A DNA stretch of 64,000 bases from a virus. A model generated the notes under the pieces. It saw only the letters and a program-made list of their open reading frames with translations, made no database searches and was not told where the DNA came from. Each line of letters opens with the position of its first letter. Position 1 is the first letter of the stretch. Positions 1-12,500 of the stretch are shown here, piece by piece. Where the stretch lies: positions 1-64,000 of IMG/VR virus record IMGVR_UViG_3300047564_003843; one strand, given 5' to 3'. The position numbers were made by a program, and so were the translations under genes.

Positions 1-843
1 TGGGACCTCTGGGGTGAGGTCATCTGCATTTGCAGCGGCGGTCACGGGTGCCTCCATTGTTTCCTGAACCACTACTGGTTCAATTGGTTGGGTTTCTTTG
101 ATTGATGCCTCTGCTGCATCTGCAACATCGGCGGCTGCGTCTGCTGCATCATCTGATGCTGCATCTGCAATTTCTGCTTCGGAAGCTTCTGCTTCCGCTG
201 GTGCATCTACTGATGCTTCAGCAGCTGGTGCTGCCTCTTCATCTGCTGATGCAGTTACTGGTGCCTCTGTAGCAACTGGTGCTACTTCAGCTGTCTCGGT
301 TGTGTCAGTTGAGAGCTCTGCGGTCTTATCCGCTTCGGTTGACGCTTCGGTCATGGCCTTTTTCTCCTCTTCCTTTTCTTTGTCTGCATCTGTTTCAGCA
401 ACAGGTGCTTCTTCAGCTGCAGGTGCGGATTCGGCAGGAGCAGCAGGAACTTCTTCAGCAATAGCTGGAGCTTCTTCCTTCTTCTCCTCTTCCATCACAG
501 GTGCTGCCATTTCAGTTGACTTTTCCATTTCGGTGTCATCATCTTTAGCTTCATCTGTTTCTGGCATTTCGCCATCTTCCTTCTTCATGTCGTCGCCGTA
601 CACACGGGACGCTGCCTCAGCGGCCCGCTGGGCGAGCTCCTGAACTGCGGCTTCGCGCTGCTTCAGTTCTGATTTAACAGAATCAAGCATGTCGGCAAGC
701 GACGTCATAGCGTCAACTGTTGCAGGAGTAGGCTCTTCTTTCTCAACCGATTCGAATTCGCTGATGATTGACTTTTGAAGCTCGGCGACTGAAGAGTCAT
801 CGAGATCAGCAAGTTGATCCATCATTTCTTTGATTCGGTCCAC
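1..843 (-). CDS. Probable major capsid protein, N-terminal acidic scaffold-like part (runs off the window edge)
   Basis: GTG at 843 follows AGGAGG. The frame is open to base 1 (MDRIKEMMDQLADLDDSSVAELQKSIISEF..., then E/A/P-rich). It lies downstream of portal and protease genes. It is missing from the ORF track because no stop is in the window. Confidence 0.6.
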   Translation of the reverse strand, partial: MDRIKEMMDQLADLDDSSVAELQKSIISEFESVEKEEPTPATVDAMTSLADMLDSVKSELKQREAAVQELAQRAAEAASRVYGDDMKKEDGEMPETDEAKDDDTEMEKSTEMAAPVMEEEKKEEAPAIAEEVPAAPAESAPAAEEAPVAETDADKEKEEEKKAMTEASTEADKTAELSTDTTETAEVAPVATEAPVTASADEEAAPAAEASVDAPAEAEASEAEIADAASDDAADAAADVADAAEASIKETQPIEPVVVQETMEAPVTAAANADDLTPEVP

Positions 844-1011
844 TGTCCCTCCTTGGGCAGTTGTGTAGAACAAAAATAGTTCTATCGCTGATTTAGTCGA
901 GGCCGAGGGACTCCGAGAGACGCAATGAATGCGTGGAGGCACTCCACCTGTTATAAATGGTACAACCATCTAAAACAAGTGATTGGACGGAAAACGAGGT
1001 GTTTCTGTCCT

Positions 1012-1734
1012 TTATGTTAAAAGTCTTAAAAGCTTCGCCATCTGTGAGGAAATCTCTGACTGGTTGTAGAGTTCACTACCAGACATAAACTTCTTAAGTT
1101 CTGCGGTTGCAATATCTGCGTCCTCATCGCCAATCTTGTCTTCAACCCGAGAGATCATGTCCTTCATAAGTTTGCGTAGGGCTGGAGGTACATCTGAGAA
1201 TCTAATTTTTTCAGCCTCTGCTCCAAAGGCAAATGGAAGGTTTGCAATAACCTTTCCAAGCTCCGCAGAACTGGTACGAATGTTCTCTAAAGCTTCAGGA
1301 TTAAGGGCTTTTGCGTCCAATCGGTCAATAATCCCGATAAGAGCATCTGCTGCTTTAGCAGCATTGCCATAATCTCCAGCATTGTCAAGGTTTTCAGCCT
1401 CTTCTACCTTGGAAATAACGCGGTCAAGACCAGCAGTTCCAAGGTCGGACTTCAAACGAGCAAGTACTTGACGGAACTTACCTGCAGCATCCCGAGGTTG
1501 AGTTTTAGGGGTGTACTTACCTCGTTCTTTTTCAGCTATATCTCTTGCTGTTTTTTCCAGTTTTAGAGCTTTAATCTCTTCTTCAGTTAAACCTTCTAAT
1601 GCTGGGTCTTCAGCAAAAAGTGCTTCTGATTTTTCAAATACAGCACTTTTTACTCCCCCAGCTGCTAATGCAGCCTGAGTAGAGGAGATAACTTCCCGCA
1701 TTCGAGAAGCGACATCGTCAGTGTTTGTAGTCAC
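1012..1734 (-). CDS. Head-associated helical protein with QPRDAAGKF motif
   Basis: 240-aa ORF between protease and capsid genes; shares the RDxxGxF motif with two upstream head proteins. Confidence 0.6.
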   Translation of the reverse strand: MTTNTDDVASRMREVISSTQAALAAGGVKSAVFEKSEALFAEDPALEGLTEEEIKALKLEKTARDIAEKERGKYTPKTQPRDAAGKFRQVLARLKSDLGTAGLDRVISKVEEAENLDNAGDYGNAAKAADALIGIIDRLDAKALNPEALENIRTSSAELGKVIANLPFAFGAEAEKIRFSDVPPALRKLMKDMISRVEDKIGDEDADIATAELKKFMSGSELYNQSEISSQMAKLLRLLT

Positions 1735-1736
1735 TA

Positions 1737-4700
1737 TTAGTCCTTTTTAGATTCAGTTGACTCTTTCGATTCAAGCACTGCGGCTGCAGCTAGAGCACGC
1801 TCTCTCATTGATGCGATTACAGAATCATCAATAGCAGCTGATTTCCACTTGTCTGGAATCATACCCTCTTTATTAAGGGCACGGGCACGCTTCATAATAT
1901 GCTTGCGAACAAGACCACGCTTACCAGCTTTTGCACGACCATAAGCCTGAATTGCGTTTCTCAAATCTCCAGAATTACGGATAGGAAATGAGCCATCGTC
2001 TAGAGCCTTACCTTCTTCGGCAAGCTTCTTACGTTGCTGGCGAGTAATAACAGCCATTTCTGACTCTGGGTCTTCGTCAAACATTTGAAGCATGTATTCA
2101 GATGCAGCATCTGCTTCTGCCTTTGCACCCGCAACGCGAGCAGAAAGGCTAGCCATTTTTTCAGCCATAGCTGCAGCTTGAGAAGCTTTATGAATACTCT
2201 CTAGAGCATCAATCTTGTAATTGATTTCGGCAATTGGGTCATGCTTCATTTGAGCAAGAACGTTTGCACCTGCTGCAACCAAAGCCATTACCTGACCTGA
2301 TGCAACACGAGCACGAGCAATTGGGAAGCCTGGAACGTTTACTTGGCAAACAGCAACCAGTTCAAGGTGTCCCTTGATTGGTCGCCAGTCACCTGATGGA
2401 GCTGATGCACGAGCGGCTCTGATTTGCTCGGGGGTTGTGCCAGGGCGTAGAGCACCTGAAACCCAAATTCCGTAAGCATCTTCACCTGCGTGCACGTCTG
2501 CGAATGCTGATGCAGTGTCATCATAATGACGCACTGCTTCTTCAGCAGAAGCCTCAAGACCAGCGTGACCGCCAGCCAAAGTTAGTTGACCAACTGGAAC
2601 ATCTTTACCTTCTGCGGTACGAATAATTCCAGTGTGGAAGTATGAATATTTAGAACGACTGCGTGGAGGACGAGTTCCAAACGCCATTCCAATGTGGTCT
2701 ACATGCCAAGCGGCAATGTGACCGAATACGCGACCTTCATCTGTGATGGTGAGTGGAGTCGCTTTATCAAGTTTCTGGTTTTCAAACCATTCTGCAGGAG
2801 GTTCTACAGGAATTGCACCCGCGACCATTCCGCAAGCAACAAGCGCTGATGCGTCTAGTGGGTTCACCCCATCTACATAAATACCATCTGGAACTGACAC
2901 AGCATCCTCCTCTAACTCGTTGCCATCATCAACGATTTGGATATAGCACTCTTGGAATGCTGGTTTTGGCACAATGGTGACAGCCATAATCCGAGCATTC
3001 TTGATTACTATTCTACCCGCCTCTACTTTACCTGAGTCTTCTGAAGCTTCCTCTTCGTCAGCTTCAAACATATCCATGTCAGCGGAAACTCCACGGATAA
3101 ACCCATTGCGAACAAGCCTTTCAGCTTCTTTTCCGTATTCGCCAGTATCAAAAACGCCAACGGCATTTCCAATTCCATCCCCGATGCGCTCCATATGAGT
3201 AATCTGTCCAACAACTACAGAGCCATCGTGACCTTGACCTGTCTTAATCTGCCAAAGTAATGGCAGAGGTAGGTCTCTCATAACTATTACACCTTTATCA
3301 AAGATGCGACCATCCCCAGATTCCTTATTTTCAGGAATAACTAGAGGTATTACAAATTTTGCTCCGTGCTCAACTGGCTTAGCGCCTTCGCGACCTGCAA
3401 ATTTAGCTTTAGCGGCTTCAGCACGAGCAGTCAAAGTAAATGAATCAATAATTTGCTCTTCAGAACGAAGTGCTTCAATACTGGAAACTAAAGACTTCTT
3501 CTTCATACCTGGATTGCGCTTATCTCCTGGCCACATACCAGTCATCTCTTTATGACGTAGTGCGCAGTAGCCCTTAGAACGTGGACCAAGATACTTAGAT
3601 AGATAACGGTGGCAACGAGTCCAGTCTCCTGGGGAGTTCCAACGAATCTTTAATCCGCCCTTGCCAACTGTCCAATAACGACGAAGTTTTTCTGCATTAC
3701 CGCGGTTTTGGTCAGCACCACCAGCGGCAGTGATTGGATTTAGACTCAAAGCCATTGCAATGTTTACATTTAAAGAAGCAACAATTCCACCATCAATTTG
3801 AGAAACAACATCAGCAAGTTGTTCTGTGCTTAGAACAATAGTTGGTGGAGGTGTTGGACTTTTTAGGTCAGCAAGAATTCTTTCATCGCGTTCCCATTTA
3901 CGATTACGACGTTTAAATGTTGCTGGTTGAGTTGTGTCTACACCTGCAGGAACTAGTGCAATTAACTCCATAACTGCAGCTGGATCATCCTCAGCGACAA
4001 TTGCAATGTACATAGGAGCAACGTCTGTTTTTTCAGGGGTAATCTCATAGTTAGGCTTTTTACCCTCAGCTGAAGAAATAATTGACATCTCAAGGTCTGG
4101 GTCAAACTTCTTCATGTAGTCCGCTGCGCTAATCTTTTTTACATCTTTTGCAGACTTTTTGCCCTCTACCTTAGGTCCAAGATTTCCATAAGGGCTACTT
4201 GGTTTGTACCAACCATCTCTGTGATAAGCAGTTTCAGGGTCAGCAGTTTTATTGTATTTCTTATCTAACCAACTACGAAGTAGTGGATTGTTATAAACAT
4301 TTTCTGTTGTAGCAGGATTCCAACCTGGTTTAGGGGTCCCGTCAGGATTAAATGAACCTGTGTAGTACTGACCAAGAACAGTGTTTGGGTCAAGTCGTGT
4401 ATCTACAGCAGGAGAAGTTCCAGCAGCTGGTGCTGGTGCACTTACAGGTTGCCCTGTGTATTCAGGAGTAACTCTTTGGTCTGCAACCCAACTTGTCCAG
4501 TCAGTAAGCATGACTTGAAGACTGTCTACTGTAAGAGGTGGTAGACGTCCTGGAAGTTTTGCTGTTGGCTCATCAATAGGAACTCGAGGCTCTCCAAGAA
4601 TTCCAGAGGTGTCTAATTCAAAACTAGGAAAACCTTGAACAGGAAGTGGTTGATAATCTTCTGCTAACTGAGTCTGATTTGCAGGAACAGCAACAACACT

Positions 4701-5942
4701 TCCACCTGGGAACTCTACGTTAGCTTCCTGAGTATCGGAATTAATAGAAAGAATTTTTCCTGTGTATTTAGGGTCGTTTCCAACAATGACAGTGCTTCCA
4801 GCTTTTGCAAATTTACCAAGCTGGTCTCGTACTTGTCGAGAAGCCTTCTCTGAACGCTCTTCTGGTGTGTAGTCACCGTCTTGATTTGTTGGAGCTTCAG
4901 TAGTTGGAGCACCTACAGCAAGAAGACCATCATCCCACTCATCTACTTCGTAAACATCATCTTCAGATAATTGGTCTAAGAAATTCCAGTCAATTTCAGG
5001 GATTGCTCTTTCAATTAAATCTGATTCATCAAAATCAATCATCTGCACCGATACTGGATTAAAAGGATTGTTATCCAGCATTGCAGAGATTTTTACTGCA
5101 GACTCACGGTCTACAGGAGTATGGATTTTTTGAACTTGGTCATATGGGTCATCAAGCGATTTGTCATATGTGATGAAGTCGTGTTCGATGTGACCCAAGT
5201 CTTCCCAGCAGCCGTCATCCCAAACGGTGCAATAACCTTCAATATCTACTTTATATAAACGATCAATTCCAGAACCGTCTAAACGAATACGAATATAAAA
5301 ATCTGGTTCATAATCTGACGGAGTGAATGCTGTGTAATCAATTCTTTGAATAGGCATGAACTCATCAATTGATGCAACAACTGAATTGTTTGAACGCTTT
5401 TTATTGTCGCGTTCTACTATTGCTGACGCCCACCTCTTGCCCGCGTCTCCACCCCAAAGAGCCCAAGCAATGCGACCGTTGCTGGGGTAATTCGCTTGAC
5501 CCGGTTTATAACCCTTGCCCTTTTTGTCAACTTCATGTCTTGGGAAGTACTTTGCAATGTGGCGGATTTTTGCGATGCCGATTTGGCCGCCGCCAGCAAG
5601 CGTGCGAGCGGTATTAAGCCCGACTGGTGTCCCTCCTCGTTTTTCTTCTCGTCTCCAAGCAAGACCTCTTTTAGCTTCTGCAATAACAGCATCAGGAATT
5701 GTGTACATGTTGCTGCTATCGCCATTACTTAAAACTTTAATATCTAGGTCAGTTACAGCAGCATTTGCAAGTTCAACAGAAGAGGCAACTGGCTTTTCAG
5801 CATAAGTGTCCCAATCTGCAGAAGCAAGCAACACTGAGCTACTGTCTACTCGAACAACAGTGTTTGTAGACTCGTCAATAACTGCTGCTAAGTTTTCGTT
5901 CGAAAATAGAACGTAGCTATCATTTCTACCTAGATATTGCAT
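1737..5942 (-). CDS. Prohead (capsid maturation) protease fusion protein, 1401 aa
   Basis: Protease core ESGDGRIF..LPLPLLWQ..GHDGSVVVGQI..GFIRGVSAD (His/Ser) and VFGHIAAWHVDHIG domain, as in actinophage cluster-B-type maturation proteases. Extra head-protein domains: RIAWALWGG, GNAEKLRRYW..GDWTRC..WPG, and C-terminal DGSFPIRNSGDLRNAI. Confidence 0.8.
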   Translation of the reverse strand: MQYLGRNDSYVLFSNENLAAVIDESTNTVVRVDSSSVLLASADWDTYAEKPVASSVELANAAVTDLDIKVLSNGDSSNMYTIPDAVIAEAKRGLAWRREEKRGGTPVGLNTARTLAGGGQIGIAKIRHIAKYFPRHEVDKKGKGYKPGQANYPSNGRIAWALWGGDAGKRWASAIVERDNKKRSNNSVVASIDEFMPIQRIDYTAFTPSDYEPDFYIRIRLDGSGIDRLYKVDIEGYCTVWDDGCWEDLGHIEHDFITYDKSLDDPYDQVQKIHTPVDRESAVKISAMLDNNPFNPVSVQMIDFDESDLIERAIPEIDWNFLDQLSEDDVYEVDEWDDGLLAVGAPTTEAPTNQDGDYTPEERSEKASRQVRDQLGKFAKAGSTVIVGNDPKYTGKILSINSDTQEANVEFPGGSVVAVPANQTQLAEDYQPLPVQGFPSFELDTSGILGEPRVPIDEPTAKLPGRLPPLTVDSLQVMLTDWTSWVADQRVTPEYTGQPVSAPAPAAGTSPAVDTRLDPNTVLGQYYTGSFNPDGTPKPGWNPATTENVYNNPLLRSWLDKKYNKTADPETAYHRDGWYKPSSPYGNLGPKVEGKKSAKDVKKISAADYMKKFDPDLEMSIISSAEGKKPNYEITPEKTDVAPMYIAIVAEDDPAAVMELIALVPAGVDTTQPATFKRRNRKWERDERILADLKSPTPPPTIVLSTEQLADVVSQIDGGIVASLNVNIAMALSLNPITAAGGADQNRGNAEKLRRYWTVGKGGLKIRWNSPGDWTRCHRYLSKYLGPRSKGYCALRHKEMTGMWPGDKRNPGMKKKSLVSSIEALRSEEQIIDSFTLTARAEAAKAKFAGREGAKPVEHGAKFVIPLVIPENKESGDGRIFDKGVIVMRDLPLPLLWQIKTGQGHDGSVVVGQITHMERIGDGIGNAVGVFDTGEYGKEAERLVRNGFIRGVSADMDMFEADEEEASEDSGKVEAGRIVIKNARIMAVTIVPKPAFQECYIQIVDDGNELEEDAVSVPDGIYVDGVNPLDASALVACGMVAGAIPVEPPAEWFENQKLDKATPLTITDEGRVFGHIAAWHVDHIGMAFGTRPPRSRSKYSYFHTGIIRTAEGKDVPVGQLTLAGGHAGLEASAEEAVRHYDDTASAFADVHAGEDAYGIWVSGALRPGTTPEQIRAARASAPSGDWRPIKGHLELVAVCQVNVPGFPIARARVASGQVMALVAAGANVLAQMKHDPIAEINYKIDALESIHKASQAAAMAEKMASLSARVAGAKAEADAASEYMLQMFDEDPESEMAVITRQQRKKLAEEGKALDDGSFPIRNSGDLRNAIQAYGRAKAGKRGLVRKHIMKRARALNKEGMIPDKWKSAAIDDSVIASMRERALAAAAVLESKESTESKKD

Positions 5943-5944
5943 TA

Positions 5945-6550
5945 TTATTCCTCTACCGCGTAATCTGCTAGGTCTGTTTTAGTGATCTTGTCACCAGCAT
6001 CCCAGCGGCTTACAAGGTCTGCTGATTTGTCATAGTCAATGTCTGTAATTTCTGAGCCGTCATATTCTTCAGACATTTCAGGAGTGGCAGGAGTCCACTT
6101 ACCATCTGTGCGGAAGAAAGTGCCAAGCCCAGTAACTGTGAAGACAACAGCTGTGACGTCGCCAGCATCGTTTGACAATGCCTCAACGGCTTGTTCTAAA
6201 CCGACTTGTTCGTCGATTGCCATCATTTCCTCCATCATTTGCGGGGTTAGAGTCAGTCCATAACCAGTTAGAAGCGCAGAGTCTTCCTCTGTGAACTTCC
6301 TGATTCGATAGGTACCGTCGAACGCAGCAAACTCAATTGTACCGTTGGTTTCCTTAACTAACTCTGGATCAACTGGGTAAAACATGCCGCGTCCTCCACG
6401 AACGAGGATGCCGCTATCGGCTTCATCGTCGTCTCCCTCATACACGAACTGAACTGCATCGAATATAGGGAATTTGATTTGGTCTTCTCCAGATAGTTTC
6501 TCGATAACTCCAGGAGTGCCAAAAATTACGTCTTCAGAGATAAGAGCCAT
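5945..6550 (-). CDS. Acidic hypothetical head-module protein
   Basis: 201-aa ORF translationally coupled to the 3133-aa gene. Confidence 0.6.
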   Translation of the reverse strand: MALISEDVIFGTPGVIEKLSGEDQIKFPIFDAVQFVYEGDDDEADSGILVRGGRGMFYPVDPELVKETNGTIEFAAFDGTYRIRKFTEEDSALLTGYGLTLTPQMMEEMMAIDEQVGLEQAVEALSNDAGDVTAVVFTVTGLGTFFRTDGKWTPATPEMSEEYDGSEITDIDYDKSADLVSRWDAGDKITKTDLADYAVEE

Positions 6551-9500
6551 TATTTCTTAGCCCCTTTCTTTTTCTTTTTACCAGCAACAATGTCTGCTAA
6601 ATCAGTCTTTCCTTCAGACATCAATCTTTCAATCAGCTTTTCTCTAATAGCTGTTGGCATTGATATGGAGGACAAGTCTGCCCAAGAGAGGTTCTTTTTA
6701 AACATCAACTCGCCGTAATTATTGCTTAAAGATTCAACAATGTCTTCCGAGTCAGATTGAAGCTGCCCATACTTATCAGAGTTGTTCTTGTAGTAGTCAA
6801 GACGACGAAGCACACTCTTAGAGTTAAAGTAGAAAGCTAGATTTGAAGAAGTGCTCGAGCCTTTTGATGATGGAGAGGCAAAAACGTAATTTCCTCCGTT
6901 GGCATCAATATCAGAAGAGGAGGACATTCCACTCTTGTTAATCCCATTCATCCAACGAGTAGCAGTTGCGTAGATTCCTCCAGATGTAATAACATCGTAG
7001 AACCAATCAACAGTGTTGGTTTGGTCTCCACCCTTCCAGTTATGAACAATGTGTGGAGAGAATCCTGTCTTCTCCATAAGCTTTTCTACAGCAGCCTCTG
7101 GCATATAATAATTAATACGTCCTCTAGCTAGAGGGTCTGCAACAATTTCAACATCATCTGCAGTAAATCCATACTCTTCTTTGATAATGTCTAAAGTCTT
7201 TTGACGAAGCTCTCCAGCGTAGTTCTTTTTGCCATCAGTTGCTGCACCAAGAAGCCAAATCATTTTGTTTTCAATAACACCTCGAACATCTGACTCAAGG
7301 GCAGGACGAACCTGTGAAATACCACCTAAAGAGTTTAAAGCTTCTGCAACATCTTCAGGAGTTGCATCTGCTGGCAGATAAATCTCTGCTTTGTTGTGAA
7401 ATGAAACAGCGTATGGACTACTACTGTGATACTTAAAGAAGTCGACCTCGGTGTCATCTATTGACTTAGATGCACGGTGAAGAAGGAAAGTTCCCTTTCC
7501 AGCAGGTCCTTCGAAAGTCACACCGTTCTTGTTTGAATCAACAGTGCTGGTATCCCAAGTGTCTTGCCAAACAACAGAACCGTCTGGTTGCTTTTTCCAT
7601 TTATCAAGTCTTAAAGCTTTGGTCTTTGTAATATTTGGGTCTGAGTCTGCTTTAGATGTTACTTGCTTTCCAGCCCAGCTTGTTAGAGTAAATTGCAGAC
7701 GAATTTTCTTTTGACCATCTTTGTCAGTAACCATACCAACGTGAACTTCTAAATCCTCAATTGAATCCGAGTCAAGCAGAGTAGTTGAACCGTTAGCAGC
7801 TTCCGCTGGGTTGTCATTATTTGCCATTTTAAGAGCATCTACTAAAGAAGGAACACTTGGGTGAGGAGATACAGAGTAGTCAGGGGCTGCATCTAAAGTT
7901 TGAATAGCAAAACCTGGACCATTAACTGTGAACTTATCTTTTAAAGCTTTTGCTTCAGCAGCTTGCTGAGCTTTCTTTAGCTTTTCGGCTTGTTGTTTAG
8001 CGTATAACTCACCCTTAGCTTTTGCAGCAGCCTTTGACTTATCAAATAGAGTTTGGTCAATTTCAATGTCTAATTCTTTTGCTTGCTCTGGAGTAATAAA
8101 CTTTTCACGGGACCAGATTTTGTCTGACTTTGTAGATTTTGTCTGTCCAGCTAAAGGACCATCAAAGTATGAAACCTCAATGTCACCAGTCTTTGCATCT
8201 TGCTTTGAGATAACTCCATAGCTAGTTAAATCTTGGTCTGAATCATTTGGGTTAGCGTTTTGGACCAAAATGCCAGGAGCCATGTTCTTAGAGTTAGGGT
8301 CTTTAATAAGTTCACCTTGCAAGAACTGCTTGTAATCGCTGTAATCGTTTGCACCATATGAAGCTAAATGACCAATAGAATTTTTATCTACTGCTTTTGC
8401 TTCTACATCTTTAATTGAAGTAGCACCTGCTAAATCCGCGCCTTCGTATTTAGGCAACTCAACTTTAGGCTCTGTGCTGTTTACTGGCGCAGGGCTGGAT
8501 GGAGTCTTAGGGGTTGTAGGTGTTCCTCCACCGCCACCAGTAGGTCCATCATCTTCTGGTTTATCTGGCTTTACTCCTGAGGTATCTTGAATATCTAGGT
8601 AGGTTGAAACCTTCCAATTCTTCTTTCCATCTTCCCATTGGACTTTTGCAACATCTGTATAAGTGTAACCCTGTGGGTTTGATTTGCTCTTAGATGTAAC
8701 AAGCTCATCCTTAAGAGATACAACCTTTCCAATCTTTCCAGTCTTGGTATCTTTGACAATCATTCCAACCTTAATTGGAGTCTTGCCATCAGCAGATACG
8801 TAAGCACCCTTCTTTGTAGGGATTGCAGAAGGTGCAATAGTTCCTGGAGTTTCTGGCTTAGATTTTGAGATAACTTTACTTGGAGTTATCTTTGCTTTCC
8901 ACTTTTCGTTCTCGATACGGCTTGAAAGAGCAGTGTATGAGTGCCAACGTCCTGCAAGAGTTTTAACTCTAGAAGTTCCGTCATTACCTTTGATTCGGTG
9001 ATAGACACTGAATGTATTATCAGCGTTGCGCTTAACCATTGTGTAAATAGTTGAGCCAGCTGGAGTTACATTCTCAGCAACAACAATGTCACCGTTTTCA
9101 AGTACAGAAATTCCCTTTTCATCTTTTACCTTTGCCCAAATCAAATCTGGGTCTAAAGGCTTCTTCAATTCTTCTGCAAGTGCTACAGGGTCAATTGGCG
9201 CTACTTCATCTTCTGGAGCAGCATCTTCATCTGGAGTTAGAGCTTGCGAAAGGTCAGATTGAATCTTTTCTTCTGGAGTTGCATCTGCAGGAGCAGATGG
9301 AGTGTTTATATCTTCAAGAATTGAATCAATCAGATCTGTGTTAGCACCATCTTGACCCTTTAAAGATTCAAGTAAGTCTTTTGTCTTACCCTTATTACCA
9401 AAAAGTTTTTCTGCAAGAGCAGAGACTTCATCAAGAACCTTTTGCTTCTCTGCTGGATCAATCTGAGCAGCCTCTGGAGCTTGTGGAAGTTCCTTCTCAG

Positions 9501-12500
9501 GTGTTGGAGCAGCCTCTGGTGCTTCTGAAGCAGTAGAACCGCTTTGCTCAAACTTAGAAAGGGTGTAATTCTTCTTTACACCATCTTCACCAATTGCTGA
9601 AAGGTTAATGTTGCCATTCTGTGGGTTCTTCCACACTCCCTTTGGAGTTACAACTCTTTCTTTTCCGTTGTATTTAAATGCAATCTTCTTTCCAGAAGCC
9701 TGAGCAGCAGAAATTTGTGCTTCGATATCACCAGAAGAATCAATAACAACAGTGTTACTGTCAACAACTGGCTTATCCTCTTCAACTGGTTCTTCAGCTG
9801 GCTTTTCACCCAAGAATCGATTAATTAAATACTCACGACGGGCTTTAAGAGTTTCTTTAAGTGAATCAGCAACTTCTGGGTCAGAGATAGCAGCATCTAC
9901 TATTTCATCAATCTTTTCTGGAGTTACTGCTTGAACTTTCTTTACGGACTCAGCAATCTCTTCATCACTCATGCTGCCAAACATTTCAACTGTAAGAGCA
10001 TTAGACATTGCCTTTGAACTACGCATTGAATCAATTTGCGTAGCTTCTGGTCCAAACTCTTTATCAGTTCCACCTTGAGCACGGAATAACAGAGAACCAC
10101 CAGCATCTACTCTGATTATGTTGTTATCAGAATCAACAAGTATGTTGTCGCCGCCAAGACCTGTTACATCATAATTTCCTACCCAAGCGTCAATTGCGAA
10201 GTCTTCTTGAACTTTCTTCTTCAGTTCTGATGATGGGCTTGTTCCTAAAATCTCACCTTGCTTAATTGGAGAAACAAGAACAGTGTTTCCGTTCTTATCT
10301 ACACCCTTATATGCACGACCGAAACTAACACCAGCCTCTTCGTAAAGAGCACCGCCTAATATTTCGTTCTCTGCATGTTTGTCAGACTTTGGCTTCTTAA
10401 CGTAATACTGATTTCCAGTATCTGGGTCTATATAGAATGCACCTTGGTTAGAACCAGCCTGTCCTGCAACTTTTTTCCACTTAGAGGTATCGAACACTGA
10501 AGAGACATCTTCAGGTGAAACTTCTTCTGCTGGAATTGGCTTATCTGTTTTAGCATCTTCATCTTCAAGGTTGCTAACGATATTAGGGAAAGAATCTGCA
10601 AAGTCTGAATGCAACATACCTGCATCAGACATTTTGTTAATCTGATCTCCAGTAAACCAACCAGTTGCAGTGTTCTCTCCATCCTTTGATGAAAGATCGT
10701 TGTACTGATCTGGTCCTACTTCAAAGACAGAAGTTTCGTATGCCCATTCAGCGCCGACTTTGTTTGTGTCAACGTAGATTGGCTCGAGTGCAGAGATGTC
10801 TCCGCCAACTTCTTCCATAAACTCTTCTTTTGCAGTTGCATTAGGAGCCTTAGCAATTGTTTGGTCTTTATGGGCTCCTCCAGGGATTCCCCACTTACCG
10901 CCACCTTGTGACAAAGAACTAGAACGCTTTGCAAGGAAGTATTCGTACTCTCCATCTGCATTCTTACGACGAATAAGAGCACCACCAGCACCATACTTGC
11001 CCCAGAAGCGCTTACCATCTGTAGTAAAGAAGTAGCCTTCACCAGTCTCTTGATTATTTCCGCCACCAAGAGGTGCAAAGAATGGAAGCTTAGGAGGAGT
11101 AAGAGTTCCAGCCTTTAGAGCTTGAACATCTGCAGCAGAAATATTTTCTGCGTAGAAGACGCCATCAGTTCCTTCTGCAATTGTGTAGTCATTCCACTTA
11201 CCAGCGTTTGCTTCCTTTTCAGGAGCTTCATCAATCTCAAGTTGTGGTTGTTCTAATTCTGGCTCTGGTGCAGGAACAGCTTCTGGCTCACCGTTGCGAC
11301 GCCATACTTCGTAAGCTTGATACTTAACCCAAGCAGATTCATACTCTTTTCCATTTGCAAGAAGTCTGCGCTTAACAAGTACACGCTTGTCGTCGCCTTC
11401 AATTGGGGTAATAGAAATAATTTCGTGGAATCCATCGTGCTTTGCCTTGATGAAGTCGCCTGGTTGCCACTCTTCAACAGCAATTGCTCCAACATTTGTT
11501 GTGTTCTCTGGGTCAGATACCCAGTTGTTGGATACGTTTCCGCCCAAGACTGATTCGACTTGAAAGTCTCCATCTGAAAGTTCGGTTGGCTTTGCAGAAG
11601 TAGATGGTGAAACTTCGTCTGAAGTTGGCTTGTCTTTTGGCATAGCCTTGACAAGAGCATCGGTTTCTGGAACATCTTTTCCAGCCATACCATCTGCAAA
11701 AGTCTTTGACATAACAAGTTCGGAGTCTGCTTTGCTCTTTCCAGACTTGTATGCGTCGTACTCTGCTTTTGCCTTGTCATAATCTGCAGAAGACTTCTCA
11801 AGGTCAAGAACATCGATACCAGACTTAGTAACAGCCATCTCATCCAAGAGATTGTTAAGAATTCCAGGCAATACAGCAACGTCAACAGAAGCATCGTGCC
11901 AATCAGTGTTTGGCTCAGCAAGTCCATAACGATTTGCTACAGCCTCAAGCTTGTGGTCTCCTGCGCTTCCATTAATAACCTTGCGAGCAAGTGAGAGTGT
12001 GTCAATCTCGCCAGCTGGTTTGTAATCAAGTCCATACTCGGCCATCTTGCGACGAAGGATTTCTCCATCAAATGGCATGTTGTGTGCAGAAACAATTGGG
12101 TCTGCACCAAGGAAGTCAGAGATTTCTTTAAATGCATCTGCTTGCGACATCTGCTTAGACAAGAACTCATCAGAGATTGGGTTTCCATCTGAGTCTTTAA
12201 GAACTTCTGAAGGGTCTTTGTCAGTATAGAAAGAGTCAAGTGGTTGTTCTGGGTTCATGAAGAGAGTCTTCTCTTCAATGATTTCACCATTCTTAACCTT
12301 GGTCATTGAAACTTGAATTGGGCTTGGAGATGTAAATCCTCCAGTGCTCTCAAAGTCAAGGTGAACTACTTCTTCATTAGCAAGAAGTTCTTTAAATTTA
12401 ACTGGGTCACCATTTGCTTCAGCAGCAATTGCCTTGAGCTTATCTCCCATAAATGCAGGAGGTGTTGGGCGTGAGACCTTCTTTGGCTTAGGTGGAAGTG

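Noticed and set aside
98-643. 181-aa Ser/Ala-rich plus-strand ORF
   Set aside because: It is the antisense shadow of the E/A-rich minus-strand capsid ORF, which has a clear RBS.
11850-12370. Stand-alone DNA polymerase III epsilon gene
   Set aside because: The DEDDh domain is an internal part of the 3133-aa ORF with no separate start.
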